Translations under genes and position numbers: made by a program | Notes under the pieces: model-generated | What the model was told of the DNA's origin: nothing | What the model saw: only the letters and a program-made list of their open reading frames with translations | The model's database searches: none | Shown here: positions 39,688-48,159 of the stretch, in pieces | Numbering within the stretch: position 1 is the stretch's first letter | Layout of the letters: each line of letters begins with the position of its first letter | DNA from: Bacillales bacterium UBA6877 | GTDB taxonomy: Bacteria; Bacillota_I; Bacilli_A; RFN20; CAG-826 | Assembly: GCA_002451465.1 (NCBI GenBank) | Contig: DKCJ01000015.1 | Coordinates: 75,448-139,447 of the forward strand | Direction: 5' to 3' | Length of the DNA: 64,000 nt

Positions 39688-41129
39688 TATAAATCACCTT
39701 CCTTACTATCTTTTATGCAAATTTCTGTTCCTTCATCGCTAAAATTAATTTCTTTGACATCTTTTTTAAGTTCTTTAGAGAGAAGATGAACAACTTGCAT
39801 TTGGCAAAATGTTCCTTGACACTTCCCAAAGCCAGCTCTTGTTCTTTTTCTAACACCTTTAACAGTTGTTGCTCCGCAATTTCGTCTTATAGCATCTAAA
39901 ATTTCGCCTTCACTTACTTTTTCGCAACGACATACAAATTTCCCATAGGAAGGCTCTTCTTTTATTAATTCGTTATATGAATCAATGCTCATTTCTTTTA
40001 ATTTTAAATGAGGTTTAACACATGGATTATAACTTTCGTTTTTCGATAATTTCAATTTATCTGCAACATAATTTGAAACATACTCTCCAATCGCTGGAGA
40101 TGATGCAAGTCCTGGAGACATAATTCCAGCAACTAAGAAAAATCCAGGATTTTTCTTACTTTCTTCAATTATAAAATCGTTATGATCATTATTTGCTCTA
40201 ACTCCAGCAAAACCTTTAATAGTTTGTGTGTAAGGAATATCTTTAACTAAAGATTTAGCTTTTTCTCTTAGGAAAGTAAATGTAGAAGTATCACAAGAAG
40301 TATCTCCTTCATAAGTTTCCGTTGCACTAGGTCCAACTATATAGTTATAAGAAGTAGTTGGTGAAACTAAAACACCTTTACCAACTTTAGAAGGACACAT
40401 AAATAAAGTATGTTTAACAAAATTCGTATCAAAGTGATCTAATAAAATATATTCACCTTTAGTAGGAATTATTTTAAAACTTGGTTCTTCTAAATATCTA
40501 GTAACAACTTCACTATTTACGCCACTTGCGTTAATAAGAAACTTAGTTTCATAAATATTATCATTTTGATCTTTTAATATATATATCCCACTATTTTCAC
40601 GTTTAATCTCTTTTATTTCTGTGTTTAATTTTAATTTAACGCCATTATCCATAGCGTTTTCCATAAAAGAAACAGTAAGATTAAATGGAGAAACGATACC
40701 AGCATCTTCACAATATAAACTACCTTTAATATCCTTGTTGATGTTAGGTTCTAAGGCAATAGTTTCTTCAGTGGTTAAAAATTTTGCATTAACACCATTA
40801 ATTTTTGCGCGCTCATTAAGCATCTTTAAAGTATCTAAATCTTCATCATTTAAAGCAACAGTGATAGAACCAATTTTATCAAAATCTACATCTAATTCTT
40901 TACATACATTAGGCATCATTTTATTGCCTAAAACATTAAATTTAGCTTTTAGTGTTCCTGGTTTTGGATCATATCCACTATGAACAATTGCACTATTTGC
41001 AGAGCTTGTTTCGTCCCCAACATCATTATGTCTTTCAACCACTAAAAAATTGCCTTTATATCTTGATAGATATCTAGCAATAGAACAGCCAATTACTCCT
41101 CCACCAATAATGATTACATCATATATCAT
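39687..41129 (-). CDS. glpA: FAD-dependent glycerol-3-phosphate dehydrogenase/oxidase-like protein with a BFD-like [2Fe-2S] domain
   Basis: N-terminal YDVIIIGGGVIGCSIARYLS. C-terminal CRCEKVSEGEILDAIRR...GKCQGTFC. Confidence 0.8.
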   Translation of the reverse strand: MIYDVIIIGGGVIGCSIARYLSRYKGNFLVVERHNDVGDETSSANSAIVHSGYDPKPGTLKAKFNVLGNKMMPNVCKELDVDFDKIGSITVALNDEDLDTLKMLNERAKINGVNAKFLTTEETIALEPNINKDIKGSLYCEDAGIVSPFNLTVSFMENAMDNGVKLKLNTEIKEIKRENSGIYILKDQNDNIYETKFLINASGVNSEVVTRYLEEPSFKIIPTKGEYILLDHFDTNFVKHTLFMCPSKVGKGVLVSPTTSYNYIVGPSATETYEGDTSCDTSTFTFLREKAKSLVKDIPYTQTIKGFAGVRANNDHNDFIIEESKKNPGFFLVAGIMSPGLASSPAIGEYVSNYVADKLKLSKNESYNPCVKPHLKLKEMSIDSYNELIKEEPSYGKFVCRCEKVSEGEILDAIRRNCGATTVKGVRKRTRAGFGKCQGTFCQMQVVHLLSKELKKDVKEINFSDEGTEICIKDSKEGDL

Positions 41130-41130
41130 G

Positions 41131-41478
41131 CTAATTATTATCCTTCCTATTTATGGAATCATTTTTTGTAAATCCATGAGGATACCTATTATGTAATTTG
41201 TTTAAATTGTATTCCGCACATTCTTCTAAAGTTACACCAAGTCCCGAACATGTTTCAGCAACATACCAAAGAACGTCCCCGAGTTCATTTAAAAGTTTTT
41301 CTTTATTTAATTCATGTCCTTGAAAACGATTTTTCTTAACAAGGTCACAACATTCACCACTTTCTCCAGCGAGACCCAAGACACCATTTAAAATTAAATC
41401 TTTTCTTCCATCTTCGGAAACTAAATCATAAGCAGCTTTTTGATAACTATTGAAATCTAATTTAACTTTATCACTCAT
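41131..41478 (-). CDS. mazG: MazG-like nucleoside triphosphate pyrophosphohydrolase
   Basis: LGLAGESGECCDLVKK and ELGDVLWYVAETCSGLGVTLEE motifs. The ATG at 41478 lies 1 nt after the flavodiiron stop. The track TTG at 41490 is the alternative. Confidence 0.75.
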   Translation of the reverse strand: MSDKVKLDFNSYQKAAYDLVSEDGRKDLILNGVLGLAGESGECCDLVKKNRFQGHELNKEKLLNELGDVLWYVAETCSGLGVTLEECAEYNLNKLHNRYPHGFTKNDSINRKDNN

Positions 41479-41479
41479 T

Positions 41480-43294
41480 TTAAAATCCAACCTTTTCGAA
41501 ATCTTCTAAACCGTGTTTACAAATTGGGCAAACAAAATCTTTTGGAATATCTTTGCCTTCATAAAAATAACCGCAAATTTTGCATCTATAACCAACTTTA
41601 TTTGCTTCAACTTTTGGTTTTGGTTTAACAAAATTTAAATAATGAGTATATGTTAAACTTTCTTCATTATTTAAAACTTTACTTTCATTAAATTTACAAA
41701 TAAAGCCATAATGTGATCCTAAATCAATAACTTCAGTAACGACAAGAGAAATATAAGCATTAGCATAGCGAGTTAAATATGGAAGTCCATTTTCTGCTAA
41801 AGCATAATCATTAAAGCCATCAAATTTATCAACATTTCTACCACTTTGGAAGCCAAATCGTTTAAAGACATCAAATGGACAATCTTTAGCTAAAATTGAT
41901 AAATTTGCAACCTTTGTATAATGTAAAATTTCGCCAGAATAATTTTTCTTGTTAACCGAAAGCATAATTCTATCATCGCTAACTTGATTTACAGTATTAA
42001 TGATGCATCCATTGAATTTTTCACTACCTTTTGTTAATAAAACAAATAATCCATAACTAATTTTAAAAAGCGGATTAGTTTCTGGTTTTTTAGTTTTAAT
42101 ATCACTAGCGAATTCTTTTACTAAATCTTTTAAATCATTTATTTGATTCTCTTTTAATGAAGATTTGATTGTTAAAGATTTATTTAAAACATTCATATTG
42201 CTCATTTCACTAAAAACCTTAATTAAAAGATTCTTTGCAGTTGGTGCCCAACTACCATTTTCAATAATAGCTACTTTCCTATTTTTTAATCCATGATATT
42301 TTAAATCATTAACAAACTCTTCCATTGGAGTAAAAATACCAGCGTTATAAGTAGTAGAAAGTATAAAAAGATGAGAATACTTAAAAGCTTCACTTACAAG
42401 ATATGATTTATCAGTTTTACTAACATCATAACAATGAATATCTTTAACGCCTAAACTTGCAAGTTCATCGCACACAATTGAAGCAGCGTTTGCAGTATGT
42501 CCATAAACTGAAGCATAAACTACTAAAACACCATTTACTTCAGATTCATAAGTGCTCCAATGTTGATATTTATCTAATATATAAGATAAATTTTTTCTCC
42601 AAATTGGTCCATGTAAAGGTAAAATAGCTTCTATTTCAACAGTTGATGCTTTTTTAAGAGCAGCTTGAACTTGCACACCATATTTACCAACAATATTTGT
42701 GTAATATCTTCTAGCTTCATCAATCTCTTCATGTTCAAAATCAACTTCATCAGCAAATAAGTTGCCAGCTAAAGCGCCAAATGTTCCAAAAGCATCTGCA
42801 CTAAATAAGGTCTTTGTTGTTACATCATACGTCATCATTACTTCTGGCCAATGAACCATTGGTGCAAAAACAAAAGTAAGTTTATGTTTTCCTAAACTTA
42901 AAACTTCAAGCTCTTTAACAATTTGAATCTTATTTTGTGGTAAATCCTCAAAATAATTTCTTAACATAACTTCAATTTTTTGATTACATACAATTGTTGT
43001 TTCAGGGTGTCTTAAAAGTAAATGCTCAATTGTTGCAGAGTGATCTGGTTCCATATGATTAATGATTAAATAATCAAGTGGTCTTCCATCTAAAACATCA
43101 TTAATTTTTTTAATAAAAGTGTCTGCAACGCTTTCATCTACAGTATCTAATACGCAAGTTTTCTCATCTAAAATAACATAAGAATTATATGAAACACCAT
43201 TTGTTAAAGGATAAACATTTTCAAATAATTCAATACGTCGATCACTAGCACCAACGTAATAAGTGTCTTCTCTAACTTCTCTTTTTAAAAACAT
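41480..43294 (-). CDS. Four-domain flavodiiron protein: metallo-beta-lactamase diiron core, flavodoxin-like, flavin-reductase-like and rubredoxin domains
   Basis: Diiron motif INHMEPDHS. Flavodoxin-like VVYASVYGHTAN. A region of about 150 aa resembles an FMN-binding split barrel. C-terminal rubredoxin YRCKICGY...FVCPICKHG. Confidence 0.8.
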   Translation of the reverse strand: MFLKREVREDTYYVGASDRRIELFENVYPLTNGVSYNSYVILDEKTCVLDTVDESVADTFIKKINDVLDGRPLDYLIINHMEPDHSATIEHLLLRHPETTIVCNQKIEVMLRNYFEDLPQNKIQIVKELEVLSLGKHKLTFVFAPMVHWPEVMMTYDVTTKTLFSADAFGTFGALAGNLFADEVDFEHEEIDEARRYYTNIVGKYGVQVQAALKKASTVEIEAILPLHGPIWRKNLSYILDKYQHWSTYESEVNGVLVVYASVYGHTANAASIVCDELASLGVKDIHCYDVSKTDKSYLVSEAFKYSHLFILSTTYNAGIFTPMEEFVNDLKYHGLKNRKVAIIENGSWAPTAKNLLIKVFSEMSNMNVLNKSLTIKSSLKENQINDLKDLVKEFASDIKTKKPETNPLFKISYGLFVLLTKGSEKFNGCIINTVNQVSDDRIMLSVNKKNYSGEILHYTKVANLSILAKDCPFDVFKRFGFQSGRNVDKFDGFNDYALAENGLPYLTRYANAYISLVVTEVIDLGSHYGFICKFNESKVLNNEESLTYTHYLNFVKPKPKVEANKVGYRCKICGYFYEGKDIPKDFVCPICKHGLEDFEKVGF

Positions 43295-43297
43295 ATA

Positions 43298-44590
43298 TTA
43301 TTTCTCCATTTCTTTTCTATATAAATCTGCTTCTTTTTTCCAATAAGAACGTTCTTCGTCAGTAATATCTCTTATTTTTTGAGCAGGATTTCCTGCGTAA
43401 ATCCCGTGACTTTCTAAATCGTGAGTAACAACAGAACCACTTCCAACAACAACATCATCATGAATAGTTACACCAGGATTTATAATCGCTCCAGCACCAA
43501 TAAATACATCATTTCCAATATTAATAGGTAAACCATATTCTAAATTAGTATTGCGAACATCTTTATCAATTGGACTTGTAGCTGTTGTTAAAATTACTCT
43601 TGGTCCAAGAAATACGTTATTACCAATATTAACTTCACAATCATCTATAATAACGCAGCCAACATTAGCATAAAAATTATCCCCAACTGTAATATTTACA
43701 CCATAATCGCAATAAAAAGGAGGTTCAATATGTAAATATTTTCCACTACTTTTTAACATAGCTCTTAATATATATCCTCTTCTTTTTCCATCTCTAAAAC
43801 TAGTTTGATTAAATTCTTCAAGCATTGATCTATTTTGTCTAAAAGCCGCAATAAGTTCAGAATCACTTGAATTGTATAATTTTCCTTTTAACATTCTTTC
43901 TTTGTTGTTCATAATTTCTCCTTTATTTTTTAATAGTTTGGCTTTTGCCTTGTCTTCTTTATTAACTCTAAACGAATCATTAATTTTTGAGATCGTTTTA
44001 TTAACTATAATTTTATCAAGATTAGAGCTCTCTATATAGTTAAAAGTATCATTTTTATAATGAATATATAATTCACATAATAACCAACTTTCAACCATTT
44101 GCACATAATATGCTTCATCATTTTTAAATAGTTTAAAAATTAATGGTAAATTTTGTTTATCTTTTAAATATTTAAAACATATCAAATATGCAAGCCTTCT
44201 AATATATTGATTTTTATTATCTAAAAGGACTAATAAATATTTATATATTTCATTAAAATCATTATCTAATTTAATATATTGATATGTAGAATCAGTAAGC
44301 ATCCATCCTTCATAAAAAGATGAATAAGAATTTAATAATTCAATAATGTCTTCAAAATCGTTTGCTTGATTAAAAGCAATTGAAAAAAATATAAAACTTA
44401 AATCAAATGTATTATCTAAAATTATATTTTTATAATCTAAGTCTTTATATTTTTCCACGAGTTTTTTAAGTTCTGGAATCGAAAACCCTAAAAATAATTG
44501 ATTAGTGCCACTTAAGTTAGGATTCTTACTTGGACTTTTTTTCTTAATATTTGTCGATAAATCTTTAAGTAAATCATTAAAACTCAACAT
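43298..44590 (-). CDS. In-frame fusion of a DNA alkylation repair (AlkD-like HEAT repeat) domain and maltose/galactoside O-acetyltransferase (Maa, hexapeptide repeat)
   Basis: Residues 1-226 are AlkD-like (YYVQMVESWLLCELY, VNKTISKINDSFRV). Residues 227-430 are a full-length Maa (MNNKERMLKGKLYNS...IGNNVFLGPRVIL...IGAGAIINPGVTI). AAGGAG lies 5 nt before the internal ATG at 43912. There is no stop between the two halves. Confidence 0.75.
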   Translation of the reverse strand: MLSFNDLLKDLSTNIKKKSPSKNPNLSGTNQLFLGFSIPELKKLVEKYKDLDYKNIILDNTFDLSFIFFSIAFNQANDFEDIIELLNSYSSFYEGWMLTDSTYQYIKLDNDFNEIYKYLLVLLDNKNQYIRRLAYLICFKYLKDKQNLPLIFKLFKNDEAYYVQMVESWLLCELYIHYKNDTFNYIESSNLDKIIVNKTISKINDSFRVNKEDKAKAKLLKNKGEIMNNKERMLKGKLYNSSDSELIAAFRQNRSMLEEFNQTSFRDGKRRGYILRAMLKSSGKYLHIEPPFYCDYGVNITVGDNFYANVGCVIIDDCEVNIGNNVFLGPRVILTTATSPIDKDVRNTNLEYGLPINIGNDVFIGAGAIINPGVTIHDDVVVGSGSVVTHDLESHGIYAGNPAQKIRDITDEERSYWKKEADLYRKEMEK

Positions 44591-44603
44591 ATAATAATTA
44601 TAT
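44589..44603. promoter_or_regulatory. PerR/Fur-type 7-1-7 palindrome ATATAATaATTATAT
   Basis: Perfect palindrome whose inner 13 nt equal the TATAATnATTATA core of the Bacillus PerR/Fur box consensus. It sits in the divergent region between the flavodiiron operon and the desulfoferrodoxin gene and overlaps the ATG at 44590. Confidence 0.4.
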
Positions 44604-44665
44604 CAAAGCATTATATTTTCTTTTAGACTTTGTTTGTGAAAAAATAATTATAGGAGGGAAAAATT

Positions 44666-45052
44666 ATGAATAAAGAGTTAAGATTTTACAAATGTGATTT
44701 ATGTGGGAAAGTTATTGAAATACTTAATGATTCAACTACTCCTACAATTTGCTGTTCAAAAGAAATGAAAGAGTTAATTCCAAATACTCATGAAGGAGCA
44801 GTTGAAAAACATGTACCTACTACAAGAATCGAAGGAAATAAAATTCATGTTGAAGTAGGAGAAGTTCTCCATCCAATGAGCAAAGAACATTTAATTAATT
44901 TTATTGTTCTTCAAACAAATAAATCTGTATATAGAAAAGATTTAAATCCTGAATCAAAACCTGTTGCTGATTTCTTACTTTTAGAAGATGAAAAACCAGT
45001 CGCAGTATTTGCATATTGTAATTTACACGGTCTTTGGAAAAAAGATTTATAA
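44666..45052 (+). CDS. dfx: Desulfoferrodoxin (2Fe superoxide reductase)
   Basis: N-terminal desulforedoxin cysteines (YKCDLCGK...TICC). Centre II ligands (EKHVP, HPMSKEH, CNLHGLW). The RBS is AGGAGGG. Confidence 0.9.
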   Translation: MNKELRFYKCDLCGKVIEILNDSTTPTICCSKEMKELIPNTHEGAVEKHVPTTRIEGNKIHVEVGEVLHPMSKEHLINFIVLQTNKSVYRKDLNPESKPVADFLLLEDEKPVAVFAYCNLHGLWKKDL

Positions 45053-45056
45053 AAAT

Positions 45057-45088
45057 AATCCCTTACGAAGTTAGTTCGTAAGGGATTT
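45057..45088. terminator. Bidirectional rho-independent terminator
   Basis: AATCCCTTACGAA-gttag-TTCGTAAGGGATT flanked by an A-run and a T-run, between convergent dfx and the ABC gene. Confidence 0.8.
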
Positions 45089-45099
45089 TTAAATTTTGT

Positions 45100-47613
45100 T
45101 TAATTGGTAAATTTTTTAATTTCTTCAGAATAATCTTTTTTGTTAATTTTTTTATAAATAACAACTGATGAAATTACAAGACACAATAATAATATAATTG
45201 CTGAAATCAATAGAGAATACCAATCATAACTCAAAAAACCAAAATTAAGATTTAATAGATTTTTTGTGTTTAAAATAGCGTTAACAATAACTATTGAAAT
45301 TTGACCAAATATGTTTCCAAATATCATCGCACATACTTCTACTAGGATGCACAAAATAATCAAACTATTAATAAGTATACTTTTCTTAATTCCAATTACC
45401 ATCAAGACAAATAACTCTTTTATTTTATCGTTATATAAGAGCCTAAATAAATTTAAACTCAAAAAAGAAATTAAAAAGCCAAATAAAACAAGAAGTGAAA
45501 TTAAGACACTTCTAAATGTGCCATTTGTAAAATCATAAAAGGCATAAACGAGAGTTGTCACATTCGTTAAAATAGTAAAATCACGACTTCTAGATAATTT
45601 TTTAACATTATCATTGGTTAACTCTATCTTAACATTAGATGAATAATTGATATGTTCTTTAGCATATATATCCCATAAATCATCGCTTAAAACAATAAAA
45701 CTTTCATTATATTGAGATTTAGCTATACCTTTAATAATAAATTTATCACTTAGATCAGCCATATTAAAGACTTCTAAATAATTAACAAAATTTACCGATT
45801 CATTTGTATTAAAGCTTTTTAATTCAAAGCCAATCATGTCATCATAATCATTAAAATAGTTCATATATTTCAAATTAGATTTAATAAAATTTTCAGAAAC
45901 TATTACTTCGTTATTTTTAATATCTTTAGAACCATAACTAATCTCTATATTGTCGATTTTTTTAATATATTGGACATTTTTCTTTGGTTCATCTTTTTGT
46001 ATACTTTCATTTACAAATGGAGCAAAATCAAAGAATGTTTTATATTGTTCAAATTGTTTTAATAAAAAATTCTTAGAAATAAAACCAACTTTATACTTTT
46101 CATTTACAATATCTTTTTGATAAGAATTTAAATTATTTTCCCTATAATTTTTAGCAACTTCTGGTTCAATATAATCATCAAGATATGATAAATTGGCTTC
46201 AAAATTTATTGAATATTTATCAATGCTTAAATTTGCTTTTTCAATACTTGATAATTGATTTTTTTCAAAAGATGTCAATATAACTTCATTGTCTTTTGGT
46301 TCAATAATCTTATTAGAAAATGAAATCTTCTTATCTAAAACAAATAGTGTAACTTTTTCAGAATTATTAATTGTTGTATCAAATGTTAAGTAAGAATCAA
46401 CACTATTATCCATTAACTCATTATATAGCGTCTTACCAGAATTAATTGTTGTGAATTCCATTAGATTCTCATTATATTTCTTCTCACTGATAGCAGAATA
46501 TTCAATTTGAGAAGCATTGAACAATCTATTTAATGCGTTTCCTAAATTATATGTTGATAGAGACCAAACACCACCATAAAAAAGACAAGATAATAATAAA
46601 CAGAAAAAAGAAGACATAATTAAAAAAGTACGACTTCTAAATATTGAAGATATATATTTTAATTGAATATTAAAATCAGGTTTTTTATTAACATTATTTT
46701 TTATATTAGTAAAATCAAAATTATCATAATCGTATTTTAATTCTATAGAGATGTCTTTGTCTTTATATTTAGAAAACGTCTCTTTGATAAAATTGTAAAA
46801 GTTTTTATAGTCAATACTGTATATATTTTCGCATTTATCACTACGTAAAATTAATACTTTTGGTTTTAAATTTGATAAATTAATAATGAAATTAAAAAAT
46901 TGTTCTGAATCAAGATTTAATTTATTAAATTTAATTAATCGATTATTTATAATGTTTTTTTCTTTTATAGAACCATTCTCAAAGATAAAACATTTATCAG
47001 CAAATTTATTAATAATTTCAATATCGTGCGATGCAACAATAATTATTCTGTCTTTAGATATTTTTTTAAGCAAATTAAAAACATTGGTAGAGTTTTCTAT
47101 GTCTAAATTAGCAGATGGCTCATCAAGTAAAATAATTTTGCTATTTTTCGCAAGTGCTCTACCAATAGCAAGTCTTTGTTTTTCGCCACCCGATAAAAAT
47201 TTCGCTCTCAATTTCTCTTTATCTTTAAGACCTATTATATTCAAGATATTAAGAGCTTCCTCTTTTGAACAACCTGTAATTAATAAATTATCAAGACTTG
47301 TAAAATCACTAATTAAGTTAAAATCTTGAAAAACAAAAGATACAAATTGACTCCTTAAAATATCAAGTTTATTTAGATTATCTTTTGAAGAAAAATATTC
47401 ATTTCCATTAAAAGAAATTTCACCAGAAGTTGGCAAAGATAAGCCACCAAGAATTGTAAGTAAAGTTGTCTTACCACTACCACTTCTTCCACATATAAAG
47501 GAAATTTCATTCATCTTAAAAACTAAGTTTGCATCTTTAAAAACTACAAAACTATTTTCTTTTTCAGAAAACTCCTTAGTTAGATTTTTAACTTGTAATT
47601 CATTATTGATCAT
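45100..47613 (-). CDS. Fused ABC ATPase / FtsX-family permease (MacB-like) with a large extracytoplasmic domain
   Basis: Walker A GRSGSGKTT, signature LSGGEKQR, Walker B ILLDEPSANLD. TM1 lies near residue 340, followed by a loop of about 340 aa and three C-terminal TM helices (FtsX architecture). The start MINNELQ at 47613 has a GAGG RBS. Confidence 0.8.
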   Translation of the reverse strand: MINNELQVKNLTKEFSEKENSFVVFKDANLVFKMNEISFICGRSGSGKTTLLTILGGLSLPTSGEISFNGNEYFSSKDNLNKLDILRSQFVSFVFQDFNLISDFTSLDNLLITGCSKEEALNILNIIGLKDKEKLRAKFLSGGEKQRLAIGRALAKNSKIILLDEPSANLDIENSTNVFNLLKKISKDRIIIVASHDIEIINKFADKCFIFENGSIKEKNIINNRLIKFNKLNLDSEQFFNFIINLSNLKPKVLILRSDKCENIYSIDYKNFYNFIKETFSKYKDKDISIELKYDYDNFDFTNIKNNVNKKPDFNIQLKYISSIFRSRTFLIMSSFFCLLLSCLFYGGVWSLSTYNLGNALNRLFNASQIEYSAISEKKYNENLMEFTTINSGKTLYNELMDNSVDSYLTFDTTINNSEKVTLFVLDKKISFSNKIIEPKDNEVILTSFEKNQLSSIEKANLSIDKYSINFEANLSYLDDYIEPEVAKNYRENNLNSYQKDIVNEKYKVGFISKNFLLKQFEQYKTFFDFAPFVNESIQKDEPKKNVQYIKKIDNIEISYGSKDIKNNEVIVSENFIKSNLKYMNYFNDYDDMIGFELKSFNTNESVNFVNYLEVFNMADLSDKFIIKGIAKSQYNESFIVLSDDLWDIYAKEHINYSSNVKIELTNDNVKKLSRSRDFTILTNVTTLVYAFYDFTNGTFRSVLISLLVLFGFLISFLSLNLFRLLYNDKIKELFVLMVIGIKKSILINSLIILCILVEVCAMIFGNIFGQISIVIVNAILNTKNLLNLNFGFLSYDWYSLLISAIILLLCLVISSVVIYKKINKKDYSEEIKKFTN

Positions 47614-48157
47614 GAGATACCTCATAAACTATGTGGTATGTATAATCAATCACCATTTCTGTAAAAGTTAAATAATTCTCTCCATTTTTAACGGTTATAT
47701 TTGATATTCTCCAAAAATTATCATCATAAGGAGATTTTTCTTTTGCAAATACAATAAGTGTGTTATCTTTTACATCATAATTATCCAATTTTGGTTCGTA
47801 ATTAAATTTGCTGCCTTTTAAAAACTTTAAATTGCTGTAATTATAAAAACACACATATGTCTTATTATCAGAATAAGTATCATGTAAATCATCGATAAGC
47901 GTTAAACTCAATTCTCGTTGTTCTTCTTTAGAACCATCAAAATAAACAAAAACAAATTTTGCATCTATAGGTTTAATATCATCAATATCATCAATTTTTG
48001 AAATATTTTTAAGTTCTGAAAGTTCATCGTAATTAGTCTTATATGTAAAAATTGATAAATCATCCTTACTATTCAAAAAATCAATTTCATGGCTACTTTT
48101 ACCACAAGATGTAAATATAAATAAATTAATAAATAAAAGTTTTAAAATATTTTTCAT
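47603..48157 (-). CDS. Lipoprotein, unknown function
   Basis: Signal peptide with lipobox IFTSC (MKNILKLLFINLFIFTSCGKS). 184 aa, rich in D/N/Y. Its stop overlaps the ABC gene start. Confidence 0.65.
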   Translation of the reverse strand: MKNILKLLFINLFIFTSCGKSSHEIDFLNSKDDLSIFTYKTNYDELSELKNISKIDDIDDIKPIDAKFVFVYFDGSKEEQRELSLTLIDDLHDTYSDNKTYVCFYNYSNLKFLKGSKFNYEPKLDNYDVKDNTLIVFAKEKSPYDDNFWRISNITVKNGENYLTFTEMVIDYTYHIVYEVSHDQ

Positions 48158-48159
48158 AA

